A stretch of 64,000 nt of DNA, taken from NCBI GenBank assembly GCA_036559345.1, contig DATBTL010000246.1, positions 2,657 through 66,656 of the forward strand. Direction: 5' to 3'. The notes beneath the pieces are model-generated. The model saw only the letters and a list, made by a program, of their open reading frames with translations, ran no database searches and had not been told where the DNA came from. Shown piece after piece: positions 37,567 to 46,484 of this stretch. The DNA comes from Chloroflexota bacterium (GTDB taxonomy: Bacteria > Chloroflexota > UBA5177 > JANWHV01). The position numbers and the translations under genes were made by a program. Numbering within the stretch: position 1 is the stretch's first letter; every line of letters begins with the position of its first letter.

Positions 37567-38024
37567 CCCTCATCGGATGTGACGCCACCGGGTCAGGGTT
37601 GTTGCAACAGACGTTTTGATTGGATGACCGTGCGCACATCCCCTCATCGGGTGTGACGCCGCCTTGTTCGTTGGCGAGAATATCCTCTTTACCCCTCATT
37701 GGGTGTGACGCATTGCTACCGCCCGCCAACAGTGTCGCGCGAACGAACGGTATGCGAGCCCATTCGGCTGGGCATCGAGAGCCGTAAAGGCCCGGTTGCC
37801 CGGGCACGGCGGCATCTGATCGCTCAGAGCACCGTCCGATTGTCCACCTGTCCTTCCGACAAGGGGAAACGCTCGGCGCCCCTCATCAGGTGTGACGCGG
37901 TCGCATGGATCTGACAAAGGAGCGGTGACACCGTGCTTTTCACCCTCATCTGATGTGACGCCCTCACGGGCCGTGGCGGAATCCCTCATGGACTGTGGCG
38001 GAATCCCTCACGAGGTGTGACGCT
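37567..38024 (+). repeat. Iteron-like direct repeat array (8 copies of a ~20-bp motif)
   Basis: Copies: CCCTCATCGGATGTGACGCC (37567), CCCTCATCGGGTGTGACGCC (37641), CCCTCATTGGGTGTGACGCA (37693), CCCTCATCAGGTGTGACGCG (37880), CCCTCATCTGATGTGACGCC (37943), degenerate CCCTCACGGGCCGTGGCGGA (37961), CCCTCATGGACTGTGGCGGA (37983), CCCTCACGAGGTGTGACGCT (38005). All lie on the same strand. Confidence 0.75.
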
Positions 38025-38049
38025 CAGCCAGAGAAAACGGCTTCCCTAT

Positions 38050-38067
38050 TAGATCTACTAGATCTAC
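38050..38067 (+). repeat. Tandem 9-mer TAGATCTAC x2 in a locally AT-rich patch (possible unwinding element)
   Basis: Two exact tandem copies, each containing GATC, 25 nt after the last iteron. Flanking CTATTAGATCTACTAGATCTACC is unusually AT-rich for this sequence. Confidence 0.45.
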
Positions 38068-38139
38068 CACGGGCCTTCATCACGGCGCTACCGGTGGTAC
38101 ATGTCAGAATAGAGGCGGCGAACACCAGGTTCCGCCACG

Positions 38140-39765
38140 GTGCGGGTATGTTCCCGCCGCGTGATAGGTGAAGAAAGGGACGTCAACGTGCAGGCTCAGG
38201 CGAGAATACGCGACCGAAGTCCGCGATGCGAGCGCGAGCGTGCCGCCAGACCAACACCCGACCAATCGCAAGACTACCCCAGCGGGCCAGACGCCAGCCA
38301 GCAATCGCGCGCCTCCGAGGGGTGCGCACAAGGGCAAGTCGCCCTGACCTGGTGCCCACCAGGGATAGGGTCCGCTAGGACCGGCGGTACCACCGCGCCA
38401 GAGGAGGAGGATCGCGACCGCCCTACCATTGTCGTCCAGGACACCGCTCATCGATCCGGGTTTACGCTTGTACCGAACCAGCTGCTCTTCGCCAGGGGCT
38501 TGACGCACGGCGCCAAGCTCACCTACGCCCTCTTACTGGGCTACGCATGGCAGGAGGGCAGTTGCTTCCCCGGGCAAGAGCGCCTAAGTGAGGATCTCGG
38601 TGTAGAGCGCAAGGCGGTCATCCGCTATCTCAAGGAATTGAAGGACAGCGGCATGGTGCGGGTAATCCGGCGTGGCCTCGGGCAAACAAATCTCTATATC
38701 CTGCCGAAGCTGGCAGATGTCGCGTTGTTGGCCAAGGAGCCAGTTTCATCGCCTGATGTCCCCCAAATCGGATATCAGCAAGTCCCGAGTCTGGGCCAAC
38801 CGGTTGTCTTGGGTAGCGGACACTACGTACACCCAGCGGACAAGACACAGAAAAGAAGTCATTCGATTCGACTCGACTCCTGTCAAGCGGAATCAATGCC
38901 TGTGGCGAAGGCGCCAATTACCCTGCTTGCGTCCCAACGGATGCGGTTACGCTCAGCTATCCGCGGTGAAGAGCCATGCCGCGACAAGCCGGATTCACCG
39001 CCCCAGGATAGCCAGTCTCCAGCTGGACTCACTGGGCACATCGCCCCAGGAGACTCCAGTCCCGCCGGCGCATGCGACGCCTTGGTGCGACCGCAAGCGC
39101 CAAATCGGTCATTCCGGAAATCCTCTTCCCGTGCCACGCGGCGGAATGTTGCGCCAGACGTGCCGCCGCATGAAGCCGAGAAAGCGGTGGCGGCGATCCT
39201 GGAACCGCTCCGCCGAACGTTCCGTGATGCCGCATCGAATCGGGCGACCATCACGCGGGCAGTACACCTTCTTGATTGCTCTGGGCTTGAATCAGCAGTG
39301 TTTATCCGGTTCTTGCACGAAGCGGCGGCACGCACGCGCGGCAGTCTACAGGTTGGCGTCATAACGAGTAACCCGATGGCGTATTTCTTCGCCTGCCTGG
39401 TCCAGCTTCTCGACGATACGGTCCATCCGGACGCTCCTCCTGAGCCCGGAAGGCCACGGAGGGCGGGACCGCCAGGAGGAGCGCCCAGCCATGACGCCGT
39501 GGCCTGTAGCCCCGACGATCATCCTCTTTGGGCGCGGGTACGGGAGGAACTGGCCGCCACCATCGCGGAAAGAAGCTACCGGGAGATGGTCGCGCCTACC
39601 CATGTGATCGCCGATGACGGGTTGGTGCTGCGCGTGGCGACGGGCTCCGCCTTTCAGCGTGACTGGCTCACCAATCGGCTTGGCAAGAGAATTACCGACA
39701 TCCTTTCCGACCTCGGCCGTGAGAACCCGCGGGTTGAATTTGAGGTGCCACAAACTGTTACCTAA
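38140..39765 (+). CDS. Putative replication initiator: wHTH (HTH_36-like) domain plus DnaA-N-terminal-like C-terminus
   Basis: FTLVPNQLLFARGLTHGAKLTYALLLGYAWQEGSCFPGQERLSEDLGVERKAVIRYLKELKDSGMVRV fits the plasmid/phage replication-protein HTH pattern. C-terminal LWARVREELAATIAERSYREMVAPTHVIADDGLVLRVATGSAFQRDWLTNRLGKRITDIL resembles DnaA domain I. Start is GTG 38140 or GTG 38188 (AAGAAAGGGA RBS). Confidence 0.7.
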   Translation: MRVCSRRVIGEERDVNVQAQARIRDRSPRCERERAARPTPDQSQDYPSGPDASQQSRASEGCAQGQVALTWCPPGIGSARTGGTTAPEEEDRDRPTIVVQDTAHRSGFTLVPNQLLFARGLTHGAKLTYALLLGYAWQEGSCFPGQERLSEDLGVERKAVIRYLKELKDSGMVRVIRRGLGQTNLYILPKLADVALLAKEPVSSPDVPQIGYQQVPSLGQPVVLGSGHYVHPADKTQKRSHSIRLDSCQAESMPVAKAPITLLASQRMRLRSAIRGEEPCRDKPDSPPQDSQSPAGLTGHIAPGDSSPAGACDALVRPQAPNRSFRKSSSRATRRNVAPDVPPHEAEKAVAAILEPLRRTFRDAASNRATITRAVHLLDCSGLESAVFIRFLHEAAARTRGSLQVGVITSNPMAYFFACLVQLLDDTVHPDAPPEPGRPRRAGPPGGAPSHDAVACSPDDHPLWARVREELAATIAERSYREMVAPTHVIADDGLVLRVATGSAFQRDWLTNRLGKRITDILSDLGRENPRVEFEVPQTVT

Positions 39766-39930
39766 GTCGATTGCCATAGAAAGGTAGATGGTCGTAGCCT
39801 GTGGGTCTGGAGGGGCGCGGGATGGCGATGGAACTGACTAGCGAGGCGCGTACGGTCCTGGAAGGGGCGTTGCGGCAGACGCGGTGGGTCCGCGAATGGC
39901 GACGCTATGAGGCGCTGAGGCGCGGATTGC

Positions 39931-39959
39931 TTGACAGTCACCCCCGGGATTGCTAAAAT
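39931..39959 (+). promoter_or_regulatory. Near-consensus sigma-70 promoter TTGACA-N17-TAAAAT
   Basis: Perfect -35, 17-bp spacer, 5/6 -10. About 68 nt upstream of the LacI ATG at 40027. Confidence 0.6.
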
Positions 39960-39966
39960 ATAGCCC

Positions 39967-39986
39967 TTACATGAACGTTCATGTAA
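39967..39986. promoter_or_regulatory. Perfect 20-bp palindrome TTACATGAACGTTCATGTAA (LacI-type operator)
   Basis: Central CG dyad typical of LacI/GalR operators. Starts 8 nt after the -10 element, so it covers the predicted transcription start. Confidence 0.6.
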
Positions 39987-40026
39987 AGGTGCCGTACGGC
40001 GGGTGCCATACGTGGCGGAGGCCGGA

Positions 40027-41127
40027 ATGTCGACAATCGTGGACATCGCACGAGTCGCGGGAGTGTCGGTGCAGACCGTGTCCGCGGTCATCAACGATAA
40101 GGCCGGCATCTCGGAGGCCACGCGCGCGCGCATACGCCAGATCATCAAAGAGTTTGACTACCAGCCCAACCAGTTGGCGAGTAGCCTGCGCAGCAAGCGC
40201 ACCCGTACGATCGGCATCCTGGTTCCCAGCATCACCAACCCGTACTGGCCCGAGATGGTACGCGGGGCCGAGGATGTGGCGCACCGCGAGGGGTATGTGG
40301 TCTTCCTTTGCAATACGGATGGTGACCAGACCAAGCTCGATACCTACATCCGGGCCCTTCGTCGTCAGCGCGTGGCTGGACTGTTTTTTACCGGCGGGGG
40401 CGAGATCGCGATCGCCGAGATCGCGGCGCTCGTGGCCGGCGGCGTCCATCTGGCGCTCAATGAGAGTCGGTCGCGTCACGAGAAGGTAGTGACGGTGCAT
40501 GTGGATGATCATCGGGCGGGCTACGATGCGACGGAACATCTGCTGGATCTCGGTCATCGACGCATCGGGGTCATTGCTCCACTCGATACCGCGGGCGCCG
40601 GACGTCGCGCTGGCTACCGCACTGCCTTGGGCGAATGGGGAATCAGCGTTGACCCTGAGCTGATGATCCCGGCGGCCTTCGATATGGAGAGCGGGCAGAG
40701 TGGCGCCCGGCGTCTGCTGGCCCTGGCCACATCGCCTACCGCGATCGTCGCGGGCAACGACATGATCGCGATCGGCGTGATTTCCACCCTGAAGCAACAG
40801 GGAAAGCGCGTCCCCGAGGATGTGGCGGTGATCGGGGTCGATAACATCCCGATGGCCGCGCTCTACGACCCACCGCTGACCACCATCGCCCAGCCGCTGT
40901 ATGAAATGGGCGCATCCGCCATGCAGGCGATCCTCGATCGGGTGCGCAATCCAGCGCTTCCTGGGGTCGCCCTTACCTTCGCCACCCCCCTGATTGTGCG
41001 GCGCTCGACCGTGGCGACCGCCATCACCGAGGAGGAACCCCAGCCGGGAGCAGCACCTGACACGCGCACTCCCGGACCTGGGGCTGAACGCCCGCCCGTG
41101 CTATACGAGGAGGTGTCCATGAAGTAG
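40027..41127 (+). CDS. LacI family transcriptional regulator
   Basis: Trimmed to ATG 40027 (GGAGG RBS). HTH STIVDIARVAGVSVQTVSAVIN. Confidence 0.9.
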   Translation: MSTIVDIARVAGVSVQTVSAVINDKAGISEATRARIRQIIKEFDYQPNQLASSLRSKRTRTIGILVPSITNPYWPEMVRGAEDVAHREGYVVFLCNTDGDQTKLDTYIRALRRQRVAGLFFTGGGEIAIAEIAALVAGGVHLALNESRSRHEKVVTVHVDDHRAGYDATEHLLDLGHRRIGVIAPLDTAGAGRRAGYRTALGEWGISVDPELMIPAAFDMESGQSGARRLLALATSPTAIVAGNDMIAIGVISTLKQQGKRVPEDVAVIGVDNIPMAALYDPPLTTIAQPLYEMGASAMQAILDRVRNPALPGVALTFATPLIVRRSTVATAITEEEPQPGAAPDTRTPGPGAERPPVLYEEVSMK

Positions 41128-41204
41128 TCTACACAGTTGGTCCGCCCAGCGTCGTCGGCATCAACCAGAGTTGGTGCTTAAGCCTTAAGGATGAGGTGAA
41201 ACCG

Positions 41205-42527
41205 ATGAAAACGGATCTCTCACGGCGCGACTTTATAAAGACGACCGCGAGTGTAGGCGCGGCCGCCGGCTTGGCTGGCATGTTGCCTCGCGCGGCGCAC
41301 GCGGCGTCAGGTGGCTATCAGGGCACCATGAACGTCTACGGGATCATCGTCCCCACGCCCGCGCAGCCTGGGGCAACGCAGTTGTTCAAACAATTCCAGC
41401 AGGCCCACTCCGGCATTTCGATCCAGAACCATGGCTTCACGTCGGAACGCTTCGTGGCGCTGTTTTCCGCGGCGCAGGCGGCCGGTGAGCAGATCGACCT
41501 GCTCTACCTGAATGGCCAGGATCTCCGCCGTTATGCACTGGCCGGCGACCTCTTACCGCTGAACAACCTGCCGCATCTCAATCGATTCATGCCTCTTGGC
41601 CTTAAGACCTACACGGTCAACAATACCTTGTGGGCGCTTCCTTCCGGGTCCACGGGCGGCTTCCCGATCTTCTACAATAAGGCGCTGCTCGACAAATATC
41701 ATCTGGCGCCGCCGCAGACCTATGCCGATCTGCTCAGCGTTGGTAAGGCGCTGACCAAGCAAGGGGTGAGTGCCTATACGCATGACGGCAAGGACATCTA
41801 CCTCTGGCCCGTGTGGTTTTTCACAACCTACGCGCAGGTCACAGGCAACAAGTCGATTGAAAAAACCCAGGCGACCTTGAAGGGACATGGTAAATTTACC
41901 GACCCCGAAGTCGTCGAGGCGCTCGACTTGATCTTCAACCTGGCCCGCAATAAGATATTCTCTCCGGATGTGCTCAGCCTGGATACTCCTGGGGCTCAGG
42001 CCGAGTTCCTCACCGGTCGAGCCGCCTTCTGGCTGCACTATGATGGGATCATCGCCACGGTTCGCCAGGCCGCGCCGCCCGCGCTGAATCCGCCGGGTAT
42101 GAATCTTGATGTCACGCTCTTCCCCTGGGTGGGCAAGAAGACCGTTCAGCGGCAGTTCCCCGGTGGTACCGGCGCCGCGTTCGGTATCTACAGTAAGATC
42201 GGCGCGGACCGGAAGGCGGCCGCCCTCCAGATTCTCGACTACTGCACCACCGATCAGGCGGACACCTACCTGGTGAAGAACAGCCTTTCCACCCTGGGGA
42301 CCAATATCCATGCCCAGGGCAGCCCGGACCCCGTGGCGCTGAAGGAAAAGGCGATCCTGCCTAATATGTCGATCTACCTGGATTGGTACTGGCCACCGGA
42401 GATCACCCAGGCATTCCAGCAGGGGATCCAGGCCGGCATCAACCTGAGCAAGACGGCGAAGCAGGTTTCGGCCGACATTCAGACGGTATTCGAAGGTTTA
42501 CTGAAGTCTGGATATAAGTTCCACTAA
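41205..42527 (+). CDS. ABC transporter sugar-binding protein (Tat signal)
   Basis: ATG 41205 (GAGG RBS; ORF track starts at GTG 41196). Twin-arginine signal LSRRDFIKTTASVGAAAGLAG. Confidence 0.9.
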   Translation: MKTDLSRRDFIKTTASVGAAAGLAGMLPRAAHAASGGYQGTMNVYGIIVPTPAQPGATQLFKQFQQAHSGISIQNHGFTSERFVALFSAAQAAGEQIDLLYLNGQDLRRYALAGDLLPLNNLPHLNRFMPLGLKTYTVNNTLWALPSGSTGGFPIFYNKALLDKYHLAPPQTYADLLSVGKALTKQGVSAYTHDGKDIYLWPVWFFTTYAQVTGNKSIEKTQATLKGHGKFTDPEVVEALDLIFNLARNKIFSPDVLSLDTPGAQAEFLTGRAAFWLHYDGIIATVRQAAPPALNPPGMNLDVTLFPWVGKKTVQRQFPGGTGAAFGIYSKIGADRKAAALQILDYCTTDQADTYLVKNSLSTLGTNIHAQGSPDPVALKEKAILPNMSIYLDWYWPPEITQAFQQGIQAGINLSKTAKQVSADIQTVFEGLLKSGYKFH

Positions 42528-42630
42528 GGACTGATCGCCGTACGTTCCCCGCGGATTGGAGCGCCTACCTCATGGCCGGTGGGCGCTCCGAGTCCTTGGG
42601 TGCGCGGCGGCGGGTGGGAGAGAAGCCGAT

Positions 42631-43533
42631 ATGGCCACTACTACCATCACCTCTAAACAGACCCCACGATGGCGCCGGACCAATCCATATCTGTGGATCG
42701 CGCCCGCGTTCCTACTCTTTGGGTTGTTTACCCTGTTGCCGCTCGCCATCGGGCTAGCTATCGGCTTTTTCTCATGGAACGGCTTCCAGGCCGCGCGGTG
42801 GGTAGGCTTCGATAACTTCACACGAGTATTTCACGATCAGGGATTCTGGCAGTCGCTCGAGCATAACGTGATTTACGCGGTCACGACAGTGGTCGGCAAG
42901 CTTTTGCTCGCCGTGTGCCTGGCCGTCCTTCTGAACCGATCGCTGCGCGGCCAGACGTTTTTCCGGACCATCCTCTTCATGCCGGTGGTCATGTCCTTTG
43001 TCGTGGTCGGCTTGATCTGGAACTGGATCTACAACTACAACTTCGGTCTGCTCAACACCGTGCTTGGCTGGGTGGGTTTGGGGGGCTGGAAGCAGGACTG
43101 GCTCGGTAATACGTCATTCGCGTTGGGGGCGCTGATTGTGGTGGATATCTGGAAGTGGTTCGGCTTCCACATGGTGATCTATCTGGCCGGCCTGCAGAGT
43201 ATCCCCAATGAACTCTACGAAAGCGCGCGTATAGATGGCGCCACCAGCCGGCAGAGCTTCCGTCATATCACCCTGCCGCTGCTGATGCCGGTGACGATGA
43301 TCAACTTGTTGCTTGCCACGGCCGGCGCCTTCACGGTCTTCGATCTGGTCTATGTGATGACCGATGGCGGCCCGGTCAATGCGACTGACGTGGCCATGGT
43401 CCACATCTATACGCAGGCGTTTCAGTTCAATCAGTTCGGCTACGCGGCGGCGATGTCCTATATCCTGCTGGTTCTGATCAGCGTCGTCTCTCTGGTTCTC
43501 ATGCGCCTGCTGCGCCAGGAACGATACTTCTAG
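42631..43533 (+). CDS. Carbohydrate ABC transporter permease
   Basis: Trimmed to ATG 42631. EAA loop SARIDGATSRQSFRHITLP. Confidence 0.9.
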   Translation: MATTTITSKQTPRWRRTNPYLWIAPAFLLFGLFTLLPLAIGLAIGFFSWNGFQAARWVGFDNFTRVFHDQGFWQSLEHNVIYAVTTVVGKLLLAVCLAVLLNRSLRGQTFFRTILFMPVVMSFVVVGLIWNWIYNYNFGLLNTVLGWVGLGGWKQDWLGNTSFALGALIVVDIWKWFGFHMVIYLAGLQSIPNELYESARIDGATSRQSFRHITLPLLMPVTMINLLLATAGAFTVFDLVYVMTDGGPVNATDVAMVHIYTQAFQFNQFGYAAAMSYILLVLISVVSLVLMRLLRQERYF

Positions 43534-43568
43534 CCTGGTCCGCGCCTAGCTCACAAGGAAGGGGAACC

Positions 43569-44438
43569 ATGTACGCATCCAGGACACTGCCGAGTAAGTC
43601 ACTCGGTGTAAAGGCCGCGCGGCGCCTGGCGGACGGATTCAGCTACCTTGTGCTCACGGTGTGCGCGGTGGTCGTGGGCTACCCTGTGGTGGCGATGGTG
43701 CTGAACTCGTTCAAAACCACGTATGAAATGTACAGCAATCCATGGGGCCTCCCGACACATCTGGGGTGGGCGAACTATCAATATGCCTGGAATGAGGCGC
43801 AGATCCCCTCGTTCATGCTCAACAGCCTCATCGTCTCCGTTGCGTCGGTAGCCATTACGGTGGTACTGGCAGCCTTCGCCGCCTATGCATTTGCCACCTT
43901 CGAGTTTCGCTTCAACAGACCGCTCTTCCTCACGTTCGCGCTGCTGCTGATCGTGCCAGTGCCGGTCACGATCATCCCGCTCTATGTCATCGTGTCCCGC
44001 TTGCACCTGATGGATACGTACTGGGCGTTGATTCTCCCCTACACGGCCGGCGGCTTGCCGCTCTCCATTTTCATCCTGCGAGCGTACTTCCAGTCGATTC
44101 CCCATGAATTAGCGGATGCCGCCAGGATCGACGGCTGCTCGCAAATGCAGTCCTTCTTGCGGGTGATCCTCCCAGTCTCGACGCCGGCGCTGGCGACGGT
44201 CACCATCTTCCAATTCATCAATTCCTGGAACGAGTTTTTCCTGGCGTTGATCTTCATTCACAAAACGTCGATCATGACACTGCCGTTGGGGCTGCAGTCG
44301 TTTTTCTACAACTATTCGGTCCAGTGGGGCTACCTTTTCGCCGCTCTCTCGACCGCGCTGGTCCCGGTGATCGTGGTCTATGTGATCATGCAGCGGCAGT
44401 TCATTAATGGACTGACCTCGGGAGCGTTGAAGGGATAA
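43569..44438 (+). CDS. Carbohydrate ABC transporter permease
   Basis: EAA loop AARIDGCSQMQSFLRVILP. AAGGAAGGGGAA RBS. Confidence 0.9.
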   Translation: MYASRTLPSKSLGVKAARRLADGFSYLVLTVCAVVVGYPVVAMVLNSFKTTYEMYSNPWGLPTHLGWANYQYAWNEAQIPSFMLNSLIVSVASVAITVVLAAFAAYAFATFEFRFNRPLFLTFALLLIVPVPVTIIPLYVIVSRLHLMDTYWALILPYTAGGLPLSIFILRAYFQSIPHELADAARIDGCSQMQSFLRVILPVSTPALATVTIFQFINSWNEFFLALIFIHKTSIMTLPLGLQSFFYNYSVQWGYLFAALSTALVPVIVVYVIMQRQFINGLTSGALKG

Positions 44439-44481
44439 ACCGCCGCTTGAGCGGCCGCGTCAATCCGTGAAAGGAAGGTTG

Positions 44482-45561
44482 ATGGATTCCGAACCGTTAC
44501 GCATGGGGTACGTGGGCTGCGGGTTCCTGGCGCAGCACACGCACCTCCCCAACTTCGCCTCGCTCCAGGGCTGTCGCTTGATCGCCCTGGCCGAGATGCG
44601 CCCGCGACTGGCCCGGTTGGTTGCCGACCGCTACGGCATCCCCACGGTGTACAGTAGCCACCTGGAGCTTGCCGCTGATCCCCAGGTAGAGGCAGTGGGC
44701 CTCTCGGCGGGCTTTGCCCAACAGGGCGAGATCGCCGCCGATCTGCTGCGGGCCGGGAAGCATGTGTTCATGGAGAAGCCGATGGCGGTCTCCATCGCGC
44801 AGGCCGAGCGGATCCTCCAGGCGGCTCGCCACGGTAACGCCCGCCTGATGGTCGCCTATATGAAACGCTACGATCCCGGGAATCAGTTGGCGCGCGAGAC
44901 GATCAGCCGCTGGCGCGCGGAGAGCACGCGCGGCCCGGTGCTCTACGCACGCAATCACGGCTTCTGTGGTAACTGGCTCAACACGCTCGATAGCTCGAGG
45001 ATGATCAGGACCGACGAGGCGGCCCCGCCCGCGCCCTATGAGGAGCAGTTGCCGGAGTGGCTGCCCGCCGCCGATGCCTCACACTATATAGGTTACTTGC
45101 AACAGTACACACACAATATCAACCTGCTCCGCTTCCTCCTCGACGCGGGCGATCGGGCGCGCGTGCGGAACGTCGATCTCGACCCGGACGGGATGACCGG
45201 GCTTGTCACGCTGGAGTTGGACGGCGTGCGCGGTGTGATCGAAAGCGCGGGCAGCACGTTCCACGGGTGGGACGAGCATACCCAGGTCTACTTCCAGAAC
45301 GGCTGGGTCCATGTCTGGTCGCCCACTCTGTTTGCCCGACCCGCCCAGTCGCGCGTGGAAGTCTACGAGGGAGGCGAGCATGCCGGCTACCACTACCCGG
45401 TCGTGACGCCGCAGACAGCATGGCATTTCCGCGAGGAAGCGGCCTCCTTCGTACATGCGATGCGGAGCGGTACGCCGTTCCTCTCCAGTGGCGAGGACAC
45501 CCTGACCGATATCCGCCTGTATGAGGAGATCTACCGCTGCCATCTTGGCCTTGAGTCTTGA
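44482..45561 (+). CDS. Gfo/Idh/MocA family oxidoreductase
   Basis: Trimmed to ATG 44482 (AAGGAAGG RBS). LRMGYVGCGFLAQHTHLPNF Rossmann start, EKPMA motif. Confidence 0.85.
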   Translation: MDSEPLRMGYVGCGFLAQHTHLPNFASLQGCRLIALAEMRPRLARLVADRYGIPTVYSSHLELAADPQVEAVGLSAGFAQQGEIAADLLRAGKHVFMEKPMAVSIAQAERILQAARHGNARLMVAYMKRYDPGNQLARETISRWRAESTRGPVLYARNHGFCGNWLNTLDSSRMIRTDEAAPPAPYEEQLPEWLPAADASHYIGYLQQYTHNINLLRFLLDAGDRARVRNVDLDPDGMTGLVTLELDGVRGVIESAGSTFHGWDEHTQVYFQNGWVHVWSPTLFARPAQSRVEVYEGGEHAGYHYPVVTPQTAWHFREEAASFVHAMRSGTPFLSSGEDTLTDIRLYEEIYRCHLGLES

Positions 45562-45582
45562 GCCGACCGCAATAAGGAGCAT

Positions 45583-46410
45583 ATGAAGACCAATCAACTT
45601 GCCATCAATGCGATTTCCACGCGTCATCGTGACCTGGATGAAGCACTGGACGCCTACGCCGAAGCCGGCTTTCCCGCCGTCGAACTCTTCTTGCCGCAGC
45701 TTAAGGAATGGCTGGCACGCGGCCACACGGTGCCCGAGGCGCGCGAGCAGTTCGCGGCGCGCGACTTGCGCTGCATCGGCGGCTTCGAGACACACGTGGC
45801 GTGCTTCGGCCCGGCGGATGCCCGGCTTGCAAACCACGATCTGCACGTTGCGAACGCTCGGTTGATCGACGAACTGGGTGGCGGCACCCTCGTTGTGGGC
45901 ACCGACGGCCCGGAGGCGCCGTTCTCCGATCCCCTTGCCGCGCTCGAACCGATCGCGGGCGCCCTGCACGAACTGGCGCGGCGGCTGGAGGGCCTGGATG
46001 TGAGGATCGCCCTCGAGTTCAACTGGTCACCCGTGGTAAAGAGCCTGCGGAGTGCCGTACAGGTAGCGGAGCAGGTAGGCAATCTACGGGTAGGCGTGCT
46101 CTTCGATCCTGCCCACTACTATGTGACACCGACCAAATTCACGGACCTCACGACCGAGAGCGTGGCGCACATCTTGCATGTCCATCTGGACGACATGCGC
46201 GATAAGCCCGGCGATCTAAGCCACTGCAATAGCGACCGCGTCCTCCCCGGTCAAGGCATCCTCGATTTGCCCGCCCTGATCGGCCGTCTGGAGGAACTTG
46301 GCTACCAGGGCCGGTTTTCGATCGAGATGTTCAACGCCGATCTCTGGGCGCTTCCCGCGCGTCAAGCGGCGCGGCTCTGCTACCAGAGCTTGCTGCCGCT
46401 TTGTCGATGA
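45583..46410 (+). CDS. Sugar phosphate isomerase/epimerase (xylose-isomerase-like TIM barrel)
   Basis: IALEFNW, FDPAHYY and HVHLDD motifs. Confidence 0.85.
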   Translation: MKTNQLAINAISTRHRDLDEALDAYAEAGFPAVELFLPQLKEWLARGHTVPEAREQFAARDLRCIGGFETHVACFGPADARLANHDLHVANARLIDELGGGTLVVGTDGPEAPFSDPLAALEPIAGALHELARRLEGLDVRIALEFNWSPVVKSLRSAVQVAEQVGNLRVGVLFDPAHYYVTPTKFTDLTTESVAHILHVHLDDMRDKPGDLSHCNSDRVLPGQGILDLPALIGRLEELGYQGRFSIEMFNADLWALPARQAARLCYQSLLPLCR

Positions 46411-46484
46411 ACAACGTATCTTCGTCTCTTCCATCACCCCGCGTTGTTCGTGGGGCACCCGCGGTTGAAAGGTAGGCCACTCAG

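Noticed and set aside
37840-37848. TTGTCCACC as a DnaA box
   Set aside because: It is a single imperfect 9-mer and could arise by chance. It is mentioned only as supporting context for the origin hypothesis, not annotated as a feature.
37553-37989. Two minus-strand ORFs (37553..37807 and 37696..37989) covering the iteron region
   Set aside because: Their translations contain repeated peptides (SHPMR, VTPDEG) that simply mirror the DNA repeats. They have no RBS and no family resemblance, so they are treated as artefacts of the repeat array.
37567-38024. Could the repeat array be a CRISPR?
   Set aside because: The repeats are only ~20 bp and imperfect. Spacing varies irregularly from overlapping copies up to 167 bp. 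There are no cas genes and no palindromic repeat structure.
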